DNA of 64,000 bases, taken from assembly GCF_000143415.4 (NCBI RefSeq), contig NW_003314332.1, positions 923,447 to 987,446 on the forward strand, in the 5' to 3' direction. Source of the DNA: Selaginella moellendorffii (taxonomy: Eukaryota > Plantae > Lycopodiophyta). A program made the translations under genes and the position numbers. Below are positions 12,308 to 26,048 of this stretch, piece after piece (the first letter of the stretch is position 1; every line of letters begins with the position of its first letter). Below the pieces are notes generated by a model. It was not told the origin of the DNA. It worked only from the letters and a program-made list of their open reading frames with translations, and made no database searches.

Positions 12308-15300
12308 GTGTGTGCCCTGGCGTCCATGGCTCGGGATAGACTTGTCTGGAGGCAATGCTATGGAATTGAGGAGTTTGAGAGATTTCTGGCAGAGAGTCAA
12401 GGGAACTTGATGGTTTCTCTTCCTGGGATGCGGGTGCTGCTGGATGGGCTGCACAAGGTTGAGTGGGGTGAGCTTCTTAGTGAAGGGAGAGTATCAACAG
12501 AGCGAGTGAGTGAATTGGTGCTGCAGTTGAAAGCCAAATTCTCCAGCTTATCGCTGCTGACCATCCTCATCCATGTGGGCGCATTGCTCCGTTATGTCTT
12601 TGCTGACGACGAGTCAAGGCATTTCAATCCGAAAAATGAGTTTGCAGCTGTGTTTCTGGGAGAGGATGGGGATTGTCTTGACTATCAGCTTACCATAGCA
12701 GCTGTAGCGAAGAGTGTGGGTTTCCCTATTGATGAGATGCGGGCGCTGAAGGAGGGCATTGACGATTTCCATGGAGATTTTCTCGGCCCCTCAGATGAGG
12801 TTCTCAGTCTTGCTGCAGAGCAGCAGCAACAACAGCACCGCTTTGAAACGGCTTACGATTGAAGGGTGAGTGAGTGAATTTTTGAGCACTATCGCGTGAC
12901 GGTCATTTAAACAGGGGCAATGACCTGGTGAAGCTGCCGCTATCCAGCTTTCAAGAGCTCTGCTCCTCCATCTCAACCCTGCCATGCCCGCTGGATCGGT
13001 TGGTATTCTGGCACATAGATTTGGGTTATGACAACAAATTGATGGACGCAATATGCCCATTATTCCTTGCGACTGCTGGCATAGGGCTATACTCCGCTGG
13101 AGAATTGGGCGAGAATGCCATGGAGGCTCTAAGCAAGGCTCTGGCGTCTCCCAAGTGTGTGCTGGAAAGGCTGTGGATTTCTGACAAAACCAGATTAGGA
13201 AACGAAGGGTTGGATGGTCTGCTCAAGCACCTTAGTCCGGGCAGCAGTGCTAGACTGAGGAGCTTGGGTTTGATGACAGAGGAGCAGAGGTTCTGGCACG
13301 GGCAGCAGCAAGTTCCAAATTGCAGAGCCTGGAAGAGCTGCACCTACAATATGACCATATAGGTGACAAGAATTTCAAGCTTTTATGTGAGGCTCTTCAA
13401 GGGGGCCATCTCCCTCACCTGAGTGTGTTGCGCCTGGAGCTTAATGGGATCGAAGAAGAAGGTGCAACGAGTTTGGGTGGTGCTTTGGAGAGCGGTAGCT
13501 GCTCTTTGCACAGATTGTGCATCACTTGGAACGACATCGGTTACAAGGGAGTGGAGTGCCTCATGAAGGCCCTGCCTAGCAGCAAAATTCAAGACTTGAC
13601 ATTATCAATAGGGATGCCAAGGCGGGAGGATTCTGCAGAGAAATACTACGCAATCGTGGGAACAGCACTGGTTGAAAATCCACAATACAAGCTGACACGC
13701 TTAAGTTTAGGTTTTACATACAGACTCGAGGCTACAAACATTCCGCAAGTATTTATTGATGGTCTGAGCGAGACGCGCACACTTCAAGAGCTAGTTATAG
13801 AGGACAGACTGACGCCAGATGCTCAAGCGAGGCTTGGGGCCCATCTGAGACACTCAAGCTTGGTACGACTGGACTGTAGAACATTTGAGCATGAAGATCT
13901 ATTCCAGGGAATGCTGGCAAGCAAGATACACAAGCTCAACATATGGGTGACGCCACAGAATCTGGATATGGTCTGTTACTTGATTCTTGGAAACCCAGAT
14001 TGCAATCTTCAAAGCCTGGAAGTCGGGGGAACCTTGGACATGTGGATGCAGAAGCAGATGCTGGAAGCACTAGATAGGAATTACCAAAGCCATCTGGAAG
14101 AACTCTACGTGACAAAGGGATCAGAAGCCCTGGACGCAAAATGCAGTGAACTGTTGAAGCGGAATTCCATATTTCGAGCTGCTAGAGCCTCAAACAAGGA
14201 GGCTTATATGGCAAAACTGTTCTTGTGTGGTCCAACTCAGGCTGGGAAGATCACCATCAAAACAAACATCAGTCGCAAAAAATATTTGCCACTCCCAGCT
14301 TGCCTCCAACGACACCCTTCAACATCTGGAATTGAGTTGCAACCCCTCTCCTTCGCCTTCAACAACACTGAACAGAAGCTGCTGATTTGTGATATGGCTG
14401 GCCAGTATGAGTTTCATGCATTCCACCACTCTTTCCTGAGGGGGTTCGACAAGAGCATGTTCTTGGTAGTATTGAGAGTGGACAACAGTGTCAACCGCAA
14501 AAACTTCACTACTGTGCTGGTGTATTGGTTGAGGTTTATTCCTTCCCACAAGCCGTCATCATCCAAACGGAAGCCTAAAGTGTTTATTGCACTCAACCTC
14601 TTCAGTGAAAAAGTCACCTTTGATACACTTGTGGATGAGGTGGTTTGCATAATTGGGTAGTACCGGGGGATTTTGGACATTGATGAAAACATCTTGAAGG
14701 TGAAAGCAATAAAGGCAAGGACTTTACAGGTTTTGAAAAGCAAATTAAGAAAGTCTTTACAAATATTACTTTCACAACAACTCAGAGTGTCCCTGGCTTG
14801 TGTGAAGATGCCAAAGAAATGTGCATACAACTGAAGAAGAATAAAATGCAGATTGTGGAAGTGCAAGATATTGGCAAACAACTGCTGGTGAAATATCAAA
14901 AACAGATCAAAACAAGTTTGGATGAGGCTCAGAAGCAGAACATGATCAAATTCGTGTTCTTGTTCCTGCATGACTTGGGAGAGGTGGTTTATTTTGATTC
15001 CATTTCAAAGTATGCCATCTTAGATGTGGAGTGGTTTATTCGAGATGTGATCAGCCTGTTTATTGATCCCCAGAAGATAAATATCTCATCAAACAGCCAA
15101 CAACAGATGGTACAAGACATACATGCAGTTGCAGATAAACTATTCAAACATTGTCAAGGAGAACAAGCCAAAGTCGAATATATTTTTCAGTGCCTGTATG
15201 AGATGGGTGTGCTGATACCCATAGACGATGGCTGGACTGGGACATGGAAACCTCTACCTAAAGAAGTTGCTTTACCAGCACTTTCAGGCATCCAGCGGTC

Positions 15301-16706
15301 ATACGCCCCATTTGACAGAAAACAAGGGGAGAAGTACAAGTACTGGGGCAGGAGATTGGAATGCAAGGATGTCACGTTTAAACTCTTTCCATCAGGTAAT
15401 TTAGGATTAAAATTGTATTTCAACTAACAGATGAATGTTGTGTGACAGGTATCTTTGCAATGATTCAAGCCAAACTTCATAAAGAATGTAAGAATCCAAG
15501 TTTTGATGTTGGAAGTGGCTGGGTATCGTTCAATGAAGATAGGCTTGGGGTATATGTGAGGATAGGAGGTGATACAGATTCATGGACAGACAGACAATGG
15601 GTGGAAATCATGCTTTTGGCACCTCAGGATGGTAGTATGAAGGCTGAGGAGCTGATGATGAAGATCAAGAATTGTGTTTTAGATGTTTGCTTTGGTGAGC
15701 TGGAAATTGGTGAAGAGAAAGTTTTGAAGACTAGATATGTTGAGAGGAGAATGCACCAACCACATAGTGAACCAGAAATTCAAAGAATTCAACACTTGAA
15801 CTCACCTGAAGTGGCTGTCCCGCTTTCACAAACTCAAAAAGAAGCAGAGGAGAAAGGCCTCCAGAAGAGAGCTATTGATCTCATTAAAGTCTGTCAGGAT
15901 TATGAAAGGTTTGTGAAGGTGGTGTACGACACTCCCCCGCTGGATAATCACATTCTAGAAGTACCAAGGGACATTGAGAATGAGGATTTTAAAAAAGTGC
16001 TCATTTACATCCAACAGCGATTGGACCGCATGGAAACAAGCTTGGAGTCTATCAAAGCAACACTGGATAAGATAGAGAACATGGGAAGACAAGTGTTGGC
16101 ACACAGCTCCAAAATGTTGCACTCCCTCAGAGTAGAATGTCCACGCTATCCATATCTGGTAAGTGAGGATAACAAGTTCATGAAGTACGTAGAGTTACGC
16201 CATAAGGTGAGAGTCCGGTACCATTGCGAGTATGCTGAGGGGAGTCACCCAGTAAACAACACAGAAGGTATGACAGTGAAGGTGCCAAAAGACTGGCTGA
16301 AAAACTGGGCTCCGATGCTCATCCCTGGACTCATAGTGCTCTTCATGGGGATCAACGTTGCAGCAAAACTATTGCATGTGGATTCATTTGTCAACGGTCT
16401 TGTGTGGATTCATTTGTCAACGGTCTTGTAGATGTTCCCACACAAGAGATGCTGAACTTTCTCAGGAGTAACATGGGTAGGGAGACTTTGGATATAGAAA
16501 CCTGGAAGAAGCTGAACCCGACAAAAGGAGATATTGAACAAGTGTTTGAAGTGGTGCGGCAGCAATGCAATGCAAGAGATAACCTGGAGATAGAGAGTAT
16601 GATGCGCAAGTACTGTGGTCTGCAATGGCATACAGGTGCAGGTGCATGGCTTTGCCAGAGCCACTATTTAGAACTCAATTCAACCTACACGTGTAGTTTC
16701 AACTGA
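12308..16706 (+). pseudogene. LRR-ROC-COR (ROCO, TORNADO1-like) pseudogene
   Basis: RI-type LRRs (LEELHLQYDHIGD, LSVLRLELNGIEEEGA), ROC P-loop KLFLCGPTQAGKIT, ICDMAGQYEFH, COR-like FLHDLGEVVYF...LDVEWF. Premature TAG at 14658-14660 (Gln codon in the paralogue), further frameshifts, and a ~25-bp duplication at 16375-16430. Confidence 0.8.
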
Positions 16707-17739
16707 GCTCTAAACAGGTATGGTTTTATTTGGCAGAATTTTCATTCCTGATGAGCGTATTTTCAGGAGACGCAACCCGGGCCCAACGTTTTGCACAAAG
16801 CTAAATTTGTTTGTCTTCCGGATGCAAGAGGCGTGAAAGCCCCGACAGAGTAACATTCTCGACGGAGTTATCTACCAGGCACAACTACTGTCGTAACAAC
16901 GTCGTTTGCACAGCAGAGTGGAAGTTTGAACAGTTTGTTCCTTTAATTTGGCTTCTCATTGGCTTTCTCTGAAGTTTCTGCCAAGGTGGAGAAGATCAGC
17001 TACGGTGGGCTTTTGTTGTACTGTCTTGTGGATGTTCCACGCTGATGCTGTGCCTCTCAGATGACGAAAGCAAAAAAGCCGCCAGGAGTTTAGGACGAGA
17101 CTTCGTTGATATAAAACAGGTCGTTAAGGTTCAGATTGAGATTCCTTTAGAAGGTAACTTGTCTATCGGTTGTCCCATTTGCTGCTATGATAATGTTGTA
17201 TATTTGTTGCAGCTTCCTCCTGCCCCTGCGTGACATCCAATGCCTCCGCCAACTGGTGGTTTTCCTGAGCAACACCCAAATCCCAATGCACAAGTCCAAC
17301 CGTCTTGAGCAATACGAAGCCCCTCAAAAGCAGGCTGCGACTGACCAGGCCCCAAAACGGTGTTCTACGCGTTGAAAGCTCGAAAACTTTCAGGACGTAG
17401 ACTCGAGGGACTCGTGATCTGACATTTCTGTTTCCTCTGGATCGTGAGCTCCTGGAACTGCTGGCAAGATGTTAAGTACTGTCGAGTTGTCAACATGTCC
17501 CTTGTACCCAACATCCCGCATTCTTGGCCTGCGCATGCTGGTGGTGCTGCTAGTGTGAGACATGGTGTAGCAGAAGTTAGAGACAATAACAAACGAGGAT
17601 GGTAAACTACTTTCTCCAGGCGGTGGTAAATTTGCACGATATGTGAGTTTAAGTTGTTCTTTTGGAGTGCCTGCCTCGAGAGGGACTTGATTGATCAGAA
17701 TCCAAACCTTGGAGATGATTTTGAGGTGCGCTGCTACTT

Positions 17740-19150
17740 CAGGAGGTTCTCTCAAATCGCAAAGTTGTTTGGCCCTCGTTGAAAATTCCGCTTGCTGGAT
17801 CCACCTTGACGGATTCATCCGGCTCCACATCGACATCGTTAATTTAACATTTTTATTTATGTGCATTGACAGCATTATACAAAAAGTTGTGATTATACAA
17901 GGCCTATAGATCCAGCTAGGTTTGCTTATGTCAATAATAAATTTCATTGTGACCTCCCAGATTATTGTGAAGATGGAGATTTTATTTGTGCATGGAAGCT
18001 AGGAGAACCAGGTGGTTTTGGTGCACATTATTATGCATGCACAAGTAATCAATGGGTGAAATTTAATTATGCTTTACTTTTACAATGTCATGATAATACA
18101 AATTCACAAGGTTGTGCATGCTGGTGAAATATAATGTCAAAAACAAAAACTTACAACAAGAGCCATCAAAAACTTCAACCAAATGCAATAAAATAACTTC
18201 TTTTTATAAAATTTAGGACCGGATCATCAACCAATTTACAAAGTCGCCAAAAGAGTTTCCATTACGTTCCAAGCATGGTCAAATTAAAGATGAAGAGACC
18301 ACCTGGAGGTGTACTGCAGTTGCTCAAAGTGAAGCATGATCTTCTGTAAACTGGGCAAACATATAAACAATTTGGTTGAAAACTAGAAAACTTGGGGACC
18401 ACGGGACCAGTACTACGGGCTGAACAGTCGTCATCACCTGTATGGAGGTCCTCTGCTGTACATTGACAATCAAGCTTAACCAAGATGGGCTTCTGATCCT
18501 CCAGAAACAACAGCTGCCTGTGAAAGAATACAGATTATGCTGAATTGAGCAAGAGGAATGGTACAAATTATCTGTAGCCTACCTGAAGGAGCCTGGTTTT
18601 GATAACCTGCACGACATGTTGCGCCTTGGAAGTAGGAATTTGAAGAGGTACTTTGCCTCTGTCGGCTCCATGGTTGAAATTGATCCTTTGCTTCACATTT
18701 ACCACTTGATGTTGACGGTGTGCGTTTCACGGGCGAGTAAGCAGAGCAAGGCAGAAGAGCAAAACGATTACCAGGACGGCTCCCAGTGCAGGATTCTGCT
18801 TAAACAATCTGAGGGGGCGGTGCAGTGTCCGGCTCGCATTTCGTGTAATTTCCTGACCTGCTTCAGCATCTGCTGCCATCGCCTACAAGAGGACAAGAGG
18901 AATTTCACAAAACCTAAAAGATTGGAAGATTCACTCACAGAGATCGTAAATGCTGCTCAATCCACTCCACACCGCGGAGATTCCTGATTTCGGGAGATAT
19001 TGGAGTTCTTGCGGAAAAAATCAAAATGTACCTGATGTGCTTCCCGAGCAGAACCGGAATCTGTGGAGATTGCGCCGAAATCTGTGGAGATTGCGCCGAA
19101 ATCGATCAAGGAACCTACACGCTCGTCGAGGAGCGGCGCATTGTGAGCTC
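17740..19150. repeat. Segmental duplication, direct copy at ~28240-29865 (unidentified multi-exon gene remnant)
   Basis: Near-identical ORFs 18262-18510 / 28975-29286 and 18616-18987 / 29379-29756. Confidence 0.85.
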
Positions 19151-19347
19151 TTCAGTGGGCTCCAAACTCATGCAATTGACGAGAATATACTCATTCATAT
19201 AGCATTCCAGCAAATGCCGCGAAAGGGCATTTGCTGCAAAAAACCGGTCTGTTTTAAAAACTTAAAAAGCCAGCATTCCTTCATGATCATTCTTCAGCAG
19301 CTCCACTGAAAACGCAACCAGGCCAGCCAGTATCTCCAGTTATGGCT

Positions 19348-20199
19348 TCAGAGCTTCTCAATGAAAGCAGCTTGTTCCCCAGCTGCTCCGAATTCGAATC
19401 CTCCACTGGGGCAGAAGGTTATGGTGTATCCCCCACCCGTACCGCAGGTGAAGGTACTAGTCAAATCGTCGTAAGCATAACTGTAAGCCTGTGGACAAGC
19501 ATCCTTGAACACCTTGGAGAAAGGCGTTGGAGGGCAAGTTTCAGGCTTGTCGTGCGCTCCTCTGCAGCAGTAAGCATCCGTTTGGAAAACCTCGCAAGCG
19601 CTCTTGCAGCCGATCACCCAGTTATCCTTCCAGACTTTCAGTTCGTTGGGGCATATAGCGTTCAGGTCGCTGTGACAGCCAGCCGACTTGCAGTTCCACT
19701 CCGGGTTGATTCTCATTGGCAAGTTGTAGCCGTCCACGAGCGAGACGTCGTAGAAGTCTTGGTTACCGTGGCCGTTGAGCTGGAACTCGGCCAAGGTGGC
19801 GGGAGTGACACCACCCGAGTTGCCGCAGTTAAGTTTGTCGCCGCAGTCGCCCGAGTCGCAGTGGCCGCGCCCGTTGCCGTCGAAGTTGCAGCCTCTACGG
19901 CCCCAGAAACGGCCAGCCCAGTCTGCACCGGGGTTGAGGTCATGAGACTGCCAGGAATCGAGTTTAACACCACCGGTTCCTAGTTGTGGCTTCCCGGAGT
20001 TGGAAATCCAGCCAGGCCACACTGTGAAGGGACATTCATTGTAGAGGCGGATCCGAACGCAACTAACACCTGAAAAGAGAACGACAATTCAGAAACAGAA
20101 TTGGAAATTCACCTGAGGAAATGCAAAACAAGTGTTACCTTCAATTGCGAGAAGAAGAGCAGCCAACACAGCCAGCAATCTCACTCGATGAACCTCCAT
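19348..20199 (-). CDS. Thaumatin-like protein (PR-5), apparently intact, two exons (20199-20139, 20069-19348)
   Basis: ATG at 20199 gives signal peptide MEVHRVRLLAVLAALLLAIEG. GT..AG intron 20138-20070 joins in frame to VSCVRIRLYNECPFTVWPG, followed by GRFWGRRGC, CDSGDC, ATLAEF, DFYDVSLVDGYNLP, CPQAYSYAYDD. Confidence 0.88.
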
Positions 20200-20861
20200 T
20201 TCTCTTCAGCTTTCTAGTTCTTCACTTCTTTCGATTCTGAGGATTCTGAGGACTGCCCCAAAGAATTTATACTAGCAGAAGAGCCGTAGCGAACTTGTCC
20301 ACTACTCTGCGATGTCGATCAACTACTGGTCCTTCGAAAGTCTTCAATGTGATACACTTGCCAGGAGCAGGTGTATCCTTCAAACAGTTTCCGTACAGGG
20401 TACCTTGCTTGACCCGACTTTCTTGAGTTACAGTCTCGGATGGCCTTCCAGAACTATAAAGCAAGTGCTTGAAACCAGCTATATCCAACTCCAACAACTT
20501 TCCATGAGCAAAACCTTACCCGTAGCTGGGTCCACAACGTTCGACGTTTATATCATTGTCCTCACTATCGCATGATTTCCAACAGTGAAATGCACATAAT
20601 CTGTGGTCCCACTGCGGACTAAAGCAACGACCTTTAATACTCAGAGAGAGTCAAGTAACTTACGCTGTTGTGCTGGCTAGTTGCCGGTGGCTAGTCCAAT
20701 CGGGATAAGGAAGAAGACAGTTTGTTTGTAGCTCCAAGCTCTTCAATGGCAGCCTGCAAGCAAGAATGGGATCTCCTCCCAAGTAGTCAAACACGAAAAA
20801 ATTACCTCTTCAGTGAGGCTCATCAAGCATGATCTTCAGTTGTAGTTCCTCTCGCTTCTCG

Positions 20862-21790
20862 CTATGGGATGTCATGTGTGCAACGCAGCCAGCTTGATAA
20901 TAAAATCACTATTCTCTCCAAACCCATGCATTGAGGAATTCTTTGCTCTTTCTTTCTCGAGTCGGAGGACATGCTCTGCAGCGCGTGACTCACGAGCTGG
21001 ATCAGCATGATTCTTACAGGCTGCCAGCAGAATCTTCTAGCATCTTCCAACACACTTCTAGCATCTTCCAACACTTGCAATACATGTTCACAAGCCCCGT
21101 CCCAACCGTTAAGTCTTGCTGGAACCCCGCTTCTGTCACGCTTTTGTGCAAAGTTCTGGCTTCTGCTGCTGAAGATGACTTCGATGGATTCGCACACGCG
21201 TCCAACAGGCTCACGAATATGATCTTATCGGGCTGCACACCTTCTTGGTCCATTTTCCTGAACAGCTCGAGGCCCTCCTTGCCGTGCCCAGTGTTGGCAT
21301 ATGCACTAATCAGTGCACTACAAAGCACCACATCGTACTGGGGAAGCTCCTCGAACAATTTCCGAGCGCTCTCCACGAATCCTTTCTCTACGCTTGCGGA
21401 GATGATCGAAGTGTAAGAGGCGATAGACTGCTGCGGCATTCTAATCGTGGCGTCTTCAAGATGCCCCAGCCGGGCATATGCGTGCACCATCACAGACCAA
21501 GTCACCGAATTGCGCTCGGGCGCTCTTCTGAAGAGCTCCTCTGCAGGCTGCATATACCCGCTCTGAGGATACCCAGTGACCATAGCGTTCCACAGCACCA
21601 CGCAGCGGGAAGGCATTCTGTCGAAGATGTGCAGGGCGCAATCCAGATGCCCCTTGAGGGCATACGCGCTCACAACAGCGGTCCAGGACGCTACATCCCT
21701 CTGCGACATCTCCCTAGAGACGCACAGCGCCTCCTAGAGGTTCCCATGTTGGGCATACGCCCCGATGATGGTGCTCCCAAGAACCACATT
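20862..21790 (-). pseudogene. PPR pseudogene, copy 3
   Basis: ORF 21014-21709 is near-identical to 8574-9491, with internal deletions and a frameshift. Confidence 0.85.
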
Positions 21791-23606
21791 CTTCTGCGGC
21801 TTCTGCTACGACCGCCCCAGCTGCACCGCTCCGCCACACCGTCTCGCCAGAGTCGATGATTACGAGACCGGAGCTTGTTACCTGCAAGCTGCTGTTGCTG
21901 CTCAAACTCTGGGTCCTGTTGAGCTTCTGCCCTGCTCAGCAGCAGCATCCACAAGCTCACCAATGGCACCAGCATGATTCCTTGTTCCTTGCCTCCCTAA
22001 ACTTCCTGGACTCTGGAGGTCCTGAAGAACCTCCCGCTCGAAAATGTGTTCAGAGTTGTACCCTTGTAGAGTTGATAACCTGTGAAGATAAGCTAATACG
22101 TGAGGTAAGAGGTTTTAGCAAAATAAAAAATAAAAAACAAAAATAATAAGAAAAAAAAAATTCCAGTGAGGCCACAACTTGCAATTTCGTGGACTTCGGA
22201 AATTGTATAAGCTTGTGTTCTATATCTTGCAGCGAAGAAAGTCCAAAACAAAGTACTAAGTGTAACAATAAATAGTCTTTTACGGGATACCGTTGTTGTG
22301 ATCATCAATGTGATGTCCCCCTGGAACCTAAGTGCTAATGTTGGTAACGGACCAAGCTCGTCATCCATAACCTCATTGCAACATGGACATAGTCCCCGAT
22401 CTGGCTGTACGGGCTTCAGAGAATACTCTACAGCAAACGTTCCATTCTACTAGTTTGATTCAGAAGCTCGGTTCTACTGGTGACTTGAAACAAGCGATGA
22501 TGAGATGCCTCAGCTGAATGCAGCAGCTTGGAATCTCCAAAACGAATTTCTCTAGCTAGCAGTCTATATCATAAAGAGAAGACAGAGAGTTATTTGGGTG
22601 TCATACTATGCCGTGTTTCTACTCAATTTGTTAAAATGATAGTGACCTTTTGTTGAAAGTATATTCGCCAATGAGTCTTAAGTGCTGATTTCAACAAGAA
22701 CAAGCAAATTAATCCATTATTATAGTATATCAACTATAGCAGATGCTTAACATTTTATATTTTTTAGCGTCTACTCATGTCATAGAATATTCAATATTAT
22801 ACAAATGGAAAAGAAAGATTAAAAAAATAAAACAAAGATCATATATGTTTTAAACAGCTCAGAGATTCCCGTGGCTCCAGGAGCACGCATGGCGCACTCA
22901 GGTGTGAGGTTCTCTAGACTGTTGGCAATTGATATCACCATACATTTTGCAAGTTATGAGTATCAACAATGGAAAATTTCCAAGCCTTCCCGAACATTCC
23001 CACACACACAAGACCGTCTGCATGCCCTTCTCCATTGAGACCATAACCTGCCATTGTTGCAGTCCACGAGCTTTTGAATAGCTCCTTGGCAACACATTCC
23101 CCGTATTGATCAAAGCTGTTGCGACTCTGTTTAATTCTGCTCCACATCCCCTGACATTGCTGTGAATCAGTTCACTAGTTTGAGAGAAGGTGAACTGATT
23201 CACATTCTTTAAAACTGGTGCTGCGGGGAAACAGTTGTGCATGATGCATGGTGCACTAGAGAGTGGCATCAGCTCTCAAATAAGCTTCACCCTTGTTTCC
23301 CTCAAGCTATCCACCTTGGCTGCCGCAACTGTGTCTGAATTGCTCTCCAGGTCTTTCCTCACCTCCTCCTTTGTGGAGGCCGACACTACCAGCGCATTAT
23401 CATGCACCACATCGAACACCTCTGCGGTGACAAACCTGTTGCTGTTGGAGAACTCCATCACGGCTTTATATACTTGGGAGCGGAATGATCCGATTGACCC
23501 AAGACGGAGGCAGCTTTTTGGCTCTCACCTTGGCCGCTATCGCCGACGGCAGGCGCCCCTTCCTAGACGGCTTCTGCGTCAAATCCTTCCTCAGGTTCTC
23601 CCTGGC

Positions 23607-25130
23607 AACAACAACAACAACAACAACAGTCTGTTTAGAGGTTGGACGGTGGCATAAACCAATAACGCCCAGGGAAGCAAGACTATGCCCTTTCTGCCAG
23701 TCGAGGACCTACAACATTTCGTGCTAAACTGCCCGGCATATCACTTCATTCGTCGTCTGATACCACAGCTCCACTGGGAAACCGAAAACCTCGAAATCTT
23801 CATGGGGGACGCGTCCAAAACACTATACCTCAGCACCTACCTGAAAGCGGCTACCCAATATTGGAGCGTGATCAACCAGATTTTCCGTTTCTTCGACACA
23901 CGCCCGCAGGGCAACAATAAGGTACGTGTTCGTCTAATGCTTTGCAAAAGGAGGCGCAAACATGCAGTCGATGCAATCCCATTCGATAGGTAGCGATCAT
24001 CTTCCTGGTTCCGGGTCTGCAGTACTGATATAAATCCTGTCCCAGTTGGCGGGTCGAGTTAAGTGAGGTAGCGTAGATTGCTAGTTTTGTGCCAGCGCTT
24101 CGATTAAGCCATGTTGCTATGGCTGTCTGGATCCATCGTTCCTGAAAACCATCCATGCTGTTTAGAACGTCATCAAAGTTGATTCCCAAGTGGTATGTCC
24201 ATTGGGCGAGGTGGAAGTACCATCCATGGTAGTGCGTTTTGGCTAGTTGATCCGAGTCTACAATAGCTGCCTGCGCCAATTTGTCCGTCGTTTTTAGGAA
24301 GGTGTTGAGGAGATATTGCATAGTCTGTTTCCATGCTGAGATCTCGAAGGGAAGAAGTCCGGCTTCCAAGATCATAATCGTGTAAGGAACGGTCCTGCAA
24401 ACCCCGAATTCCTTTTGGATGAGAGTCTTCGTTTGGTTCTCAAAACGTCCCCATGCAGTGTGAGACATGTTCGGGCTCCACATCTCGCAGGCATATAAGG
24501 CCACTGTCGCTACCTTTGTTTGGTAGAGGATTCGTTTTGCATACCATGTCTCTACTCCAGGAATGTTCTGCATTGCGTGATAGGCACACTGCGCTGCTCG
24601 TCTTCTTTCGTAGGTTCCGGCCTTCCATGGATTGTGTCTGTGTATCATGTAGCCCAAGTATTTGTAACTGTCTGTCTGCTCGACTTCCGTCCCTATGTAA
24701 TAGAATTTGCACGAGGAGTGGGCCCGAGCACTACTACCTTGGTCATGTCGAGATTGACTGCAAGCCCCATGTTCGTGCAGAATGTACTGACGCAGTCTAG
24801 TTGTCGTTGCAGAAGTTCCGGAGTTGTGGCAGCCAGGAGCAGGTCGTCAGCGTAAAGTAGAAGATAGATCCAGATCCCTGCTAGCTGAATATCAGACAGA
24901 TTCGCTTCTCGGAGCAATGCTTCCAATGCGTCGATGTACAAGCCGAAAAGCGTCGGGGATAAGGGGCATCCTTGCTTAACCCCGGTGTCGCACTAAATGG
25001 TCTCTCGACGAAAGCCTTAGCAAAATCCACAAAGCAACAGAGTAGCGGTTTACTCGTCGTTAGGCGTCTTGGTTCTGTGATGATGCGGAGGGTGATTAGA
25101 TGGTCGATACACGAGTGTTGGGCCTGCCTG
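23607..25130 (-). mobile_element. 5'-truncated, degenerate RTE-like LINE with (GTT)n tail, ~23-bp TSD and an inverted 3' segment
   Basis: RT motifs VDFAKAF, QGCPLSP, LLYADDL on minus; (AAC)7 at 23607-23627; flanks TCCTTCCTCAGGTTCTCCCTGGC (23584-23606) and TCCTTCCTCAGGGTCCCCCTGGC (25131-25153). Confidence 0.75.
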
Positions 25131-25455
25131 TCCTTCCTCAGGGTCCCCCTGGCGGCCTTGATCATCCACACCGAGCGCCCTATGAGCTCCTTCCGCACCA
25201 TCGCTGCCAAAAACCCTAATCGAATCTAGGAACCAAAATAAAGAATGTACTAACGATATGAATAAGCAAATGGTCTGTTTAAAAACTTCCTGAATTAAAG
25301 CGAATATCCTACCACCGCAGCAAATGCGGTATTTGCTGCAATGGACCGGTCTGTTTAAAAACTTCCTGAATTACAAAAAACCAGCATTCCTTCATGATCA
25401 GCTCCACTCAAAACGCAACCAGGCCAGCCAGTCTCCAGTGTCTCCAGTTACAGCT

Positions 25456-26045
25456 TCAGAGCATCTCCATGAGAGCAACCTGTTCCCCAGCTGCTCCGAA
25501 TTCAAATCCTCCACTGGGGTAGAAGGTTATGTTGTATTCCCCACCGGTATCACAGGTGAAAGTACACATCGTCACTGTAAGCCTGTGGACAAGCATCCTT
25601 GAACACCTTGGAGAAAGCCGTTGGCGGGCAAGTCTCAGGCGTGCTGTGCGCTCCTCTGCAGCAGTAAGCATCCGTTTGGAAAACCTCGCAAGCGCTCTTG
25701 CAGCCGATCACCCAGTTATCCTTCGAGACTTGAAGTTCCTTGGGGCACATAGCGTTCAGGTCGCTGTAACAGCCAGGGGACTTGCAGTTCTTCTCCAGGG
25801 TGATTCTCAATGGCAAGTTGTAGCCGTCGACAACGAGCGAGACGTCGTACAAGTTTTGGTTAACGTAGGCCAAGGCGAACTCGGCCAAGGTGGCGGGAGG
25901 GACGCCGCAGTCGCCGGAGTCGCAGTGGCCGCGCCGGTTGCCATCGAACTTGCAGCCTCTACGGCCCCAGAAACGGACAGCCCAGTTGTGGCTTCCCCGA
26001 GTTGGAAATCCAGCCAGGCCACACTATGAAGGGACATGCATTGTA
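25456..26045 (-). pseudogene. Thaumatin-like pseudogene, copy 3
   Basis: YNACPFIVWPGWISNSGKPQLG, LYDVSLVVDGYNLP, GCKSAC; deletions and frameshifts. Confidence 0.85.
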
Positions 26046-26048
26046 CCC

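Noticed and set aside
6836-21859. Plus-strand ORFs antisense to PPR and thaumatin genes (e.g. 6836-7306, 8908-9444, 19342-19983)
   Set aside because: Shadow ORFs of recognisable minus-strand coding sequence
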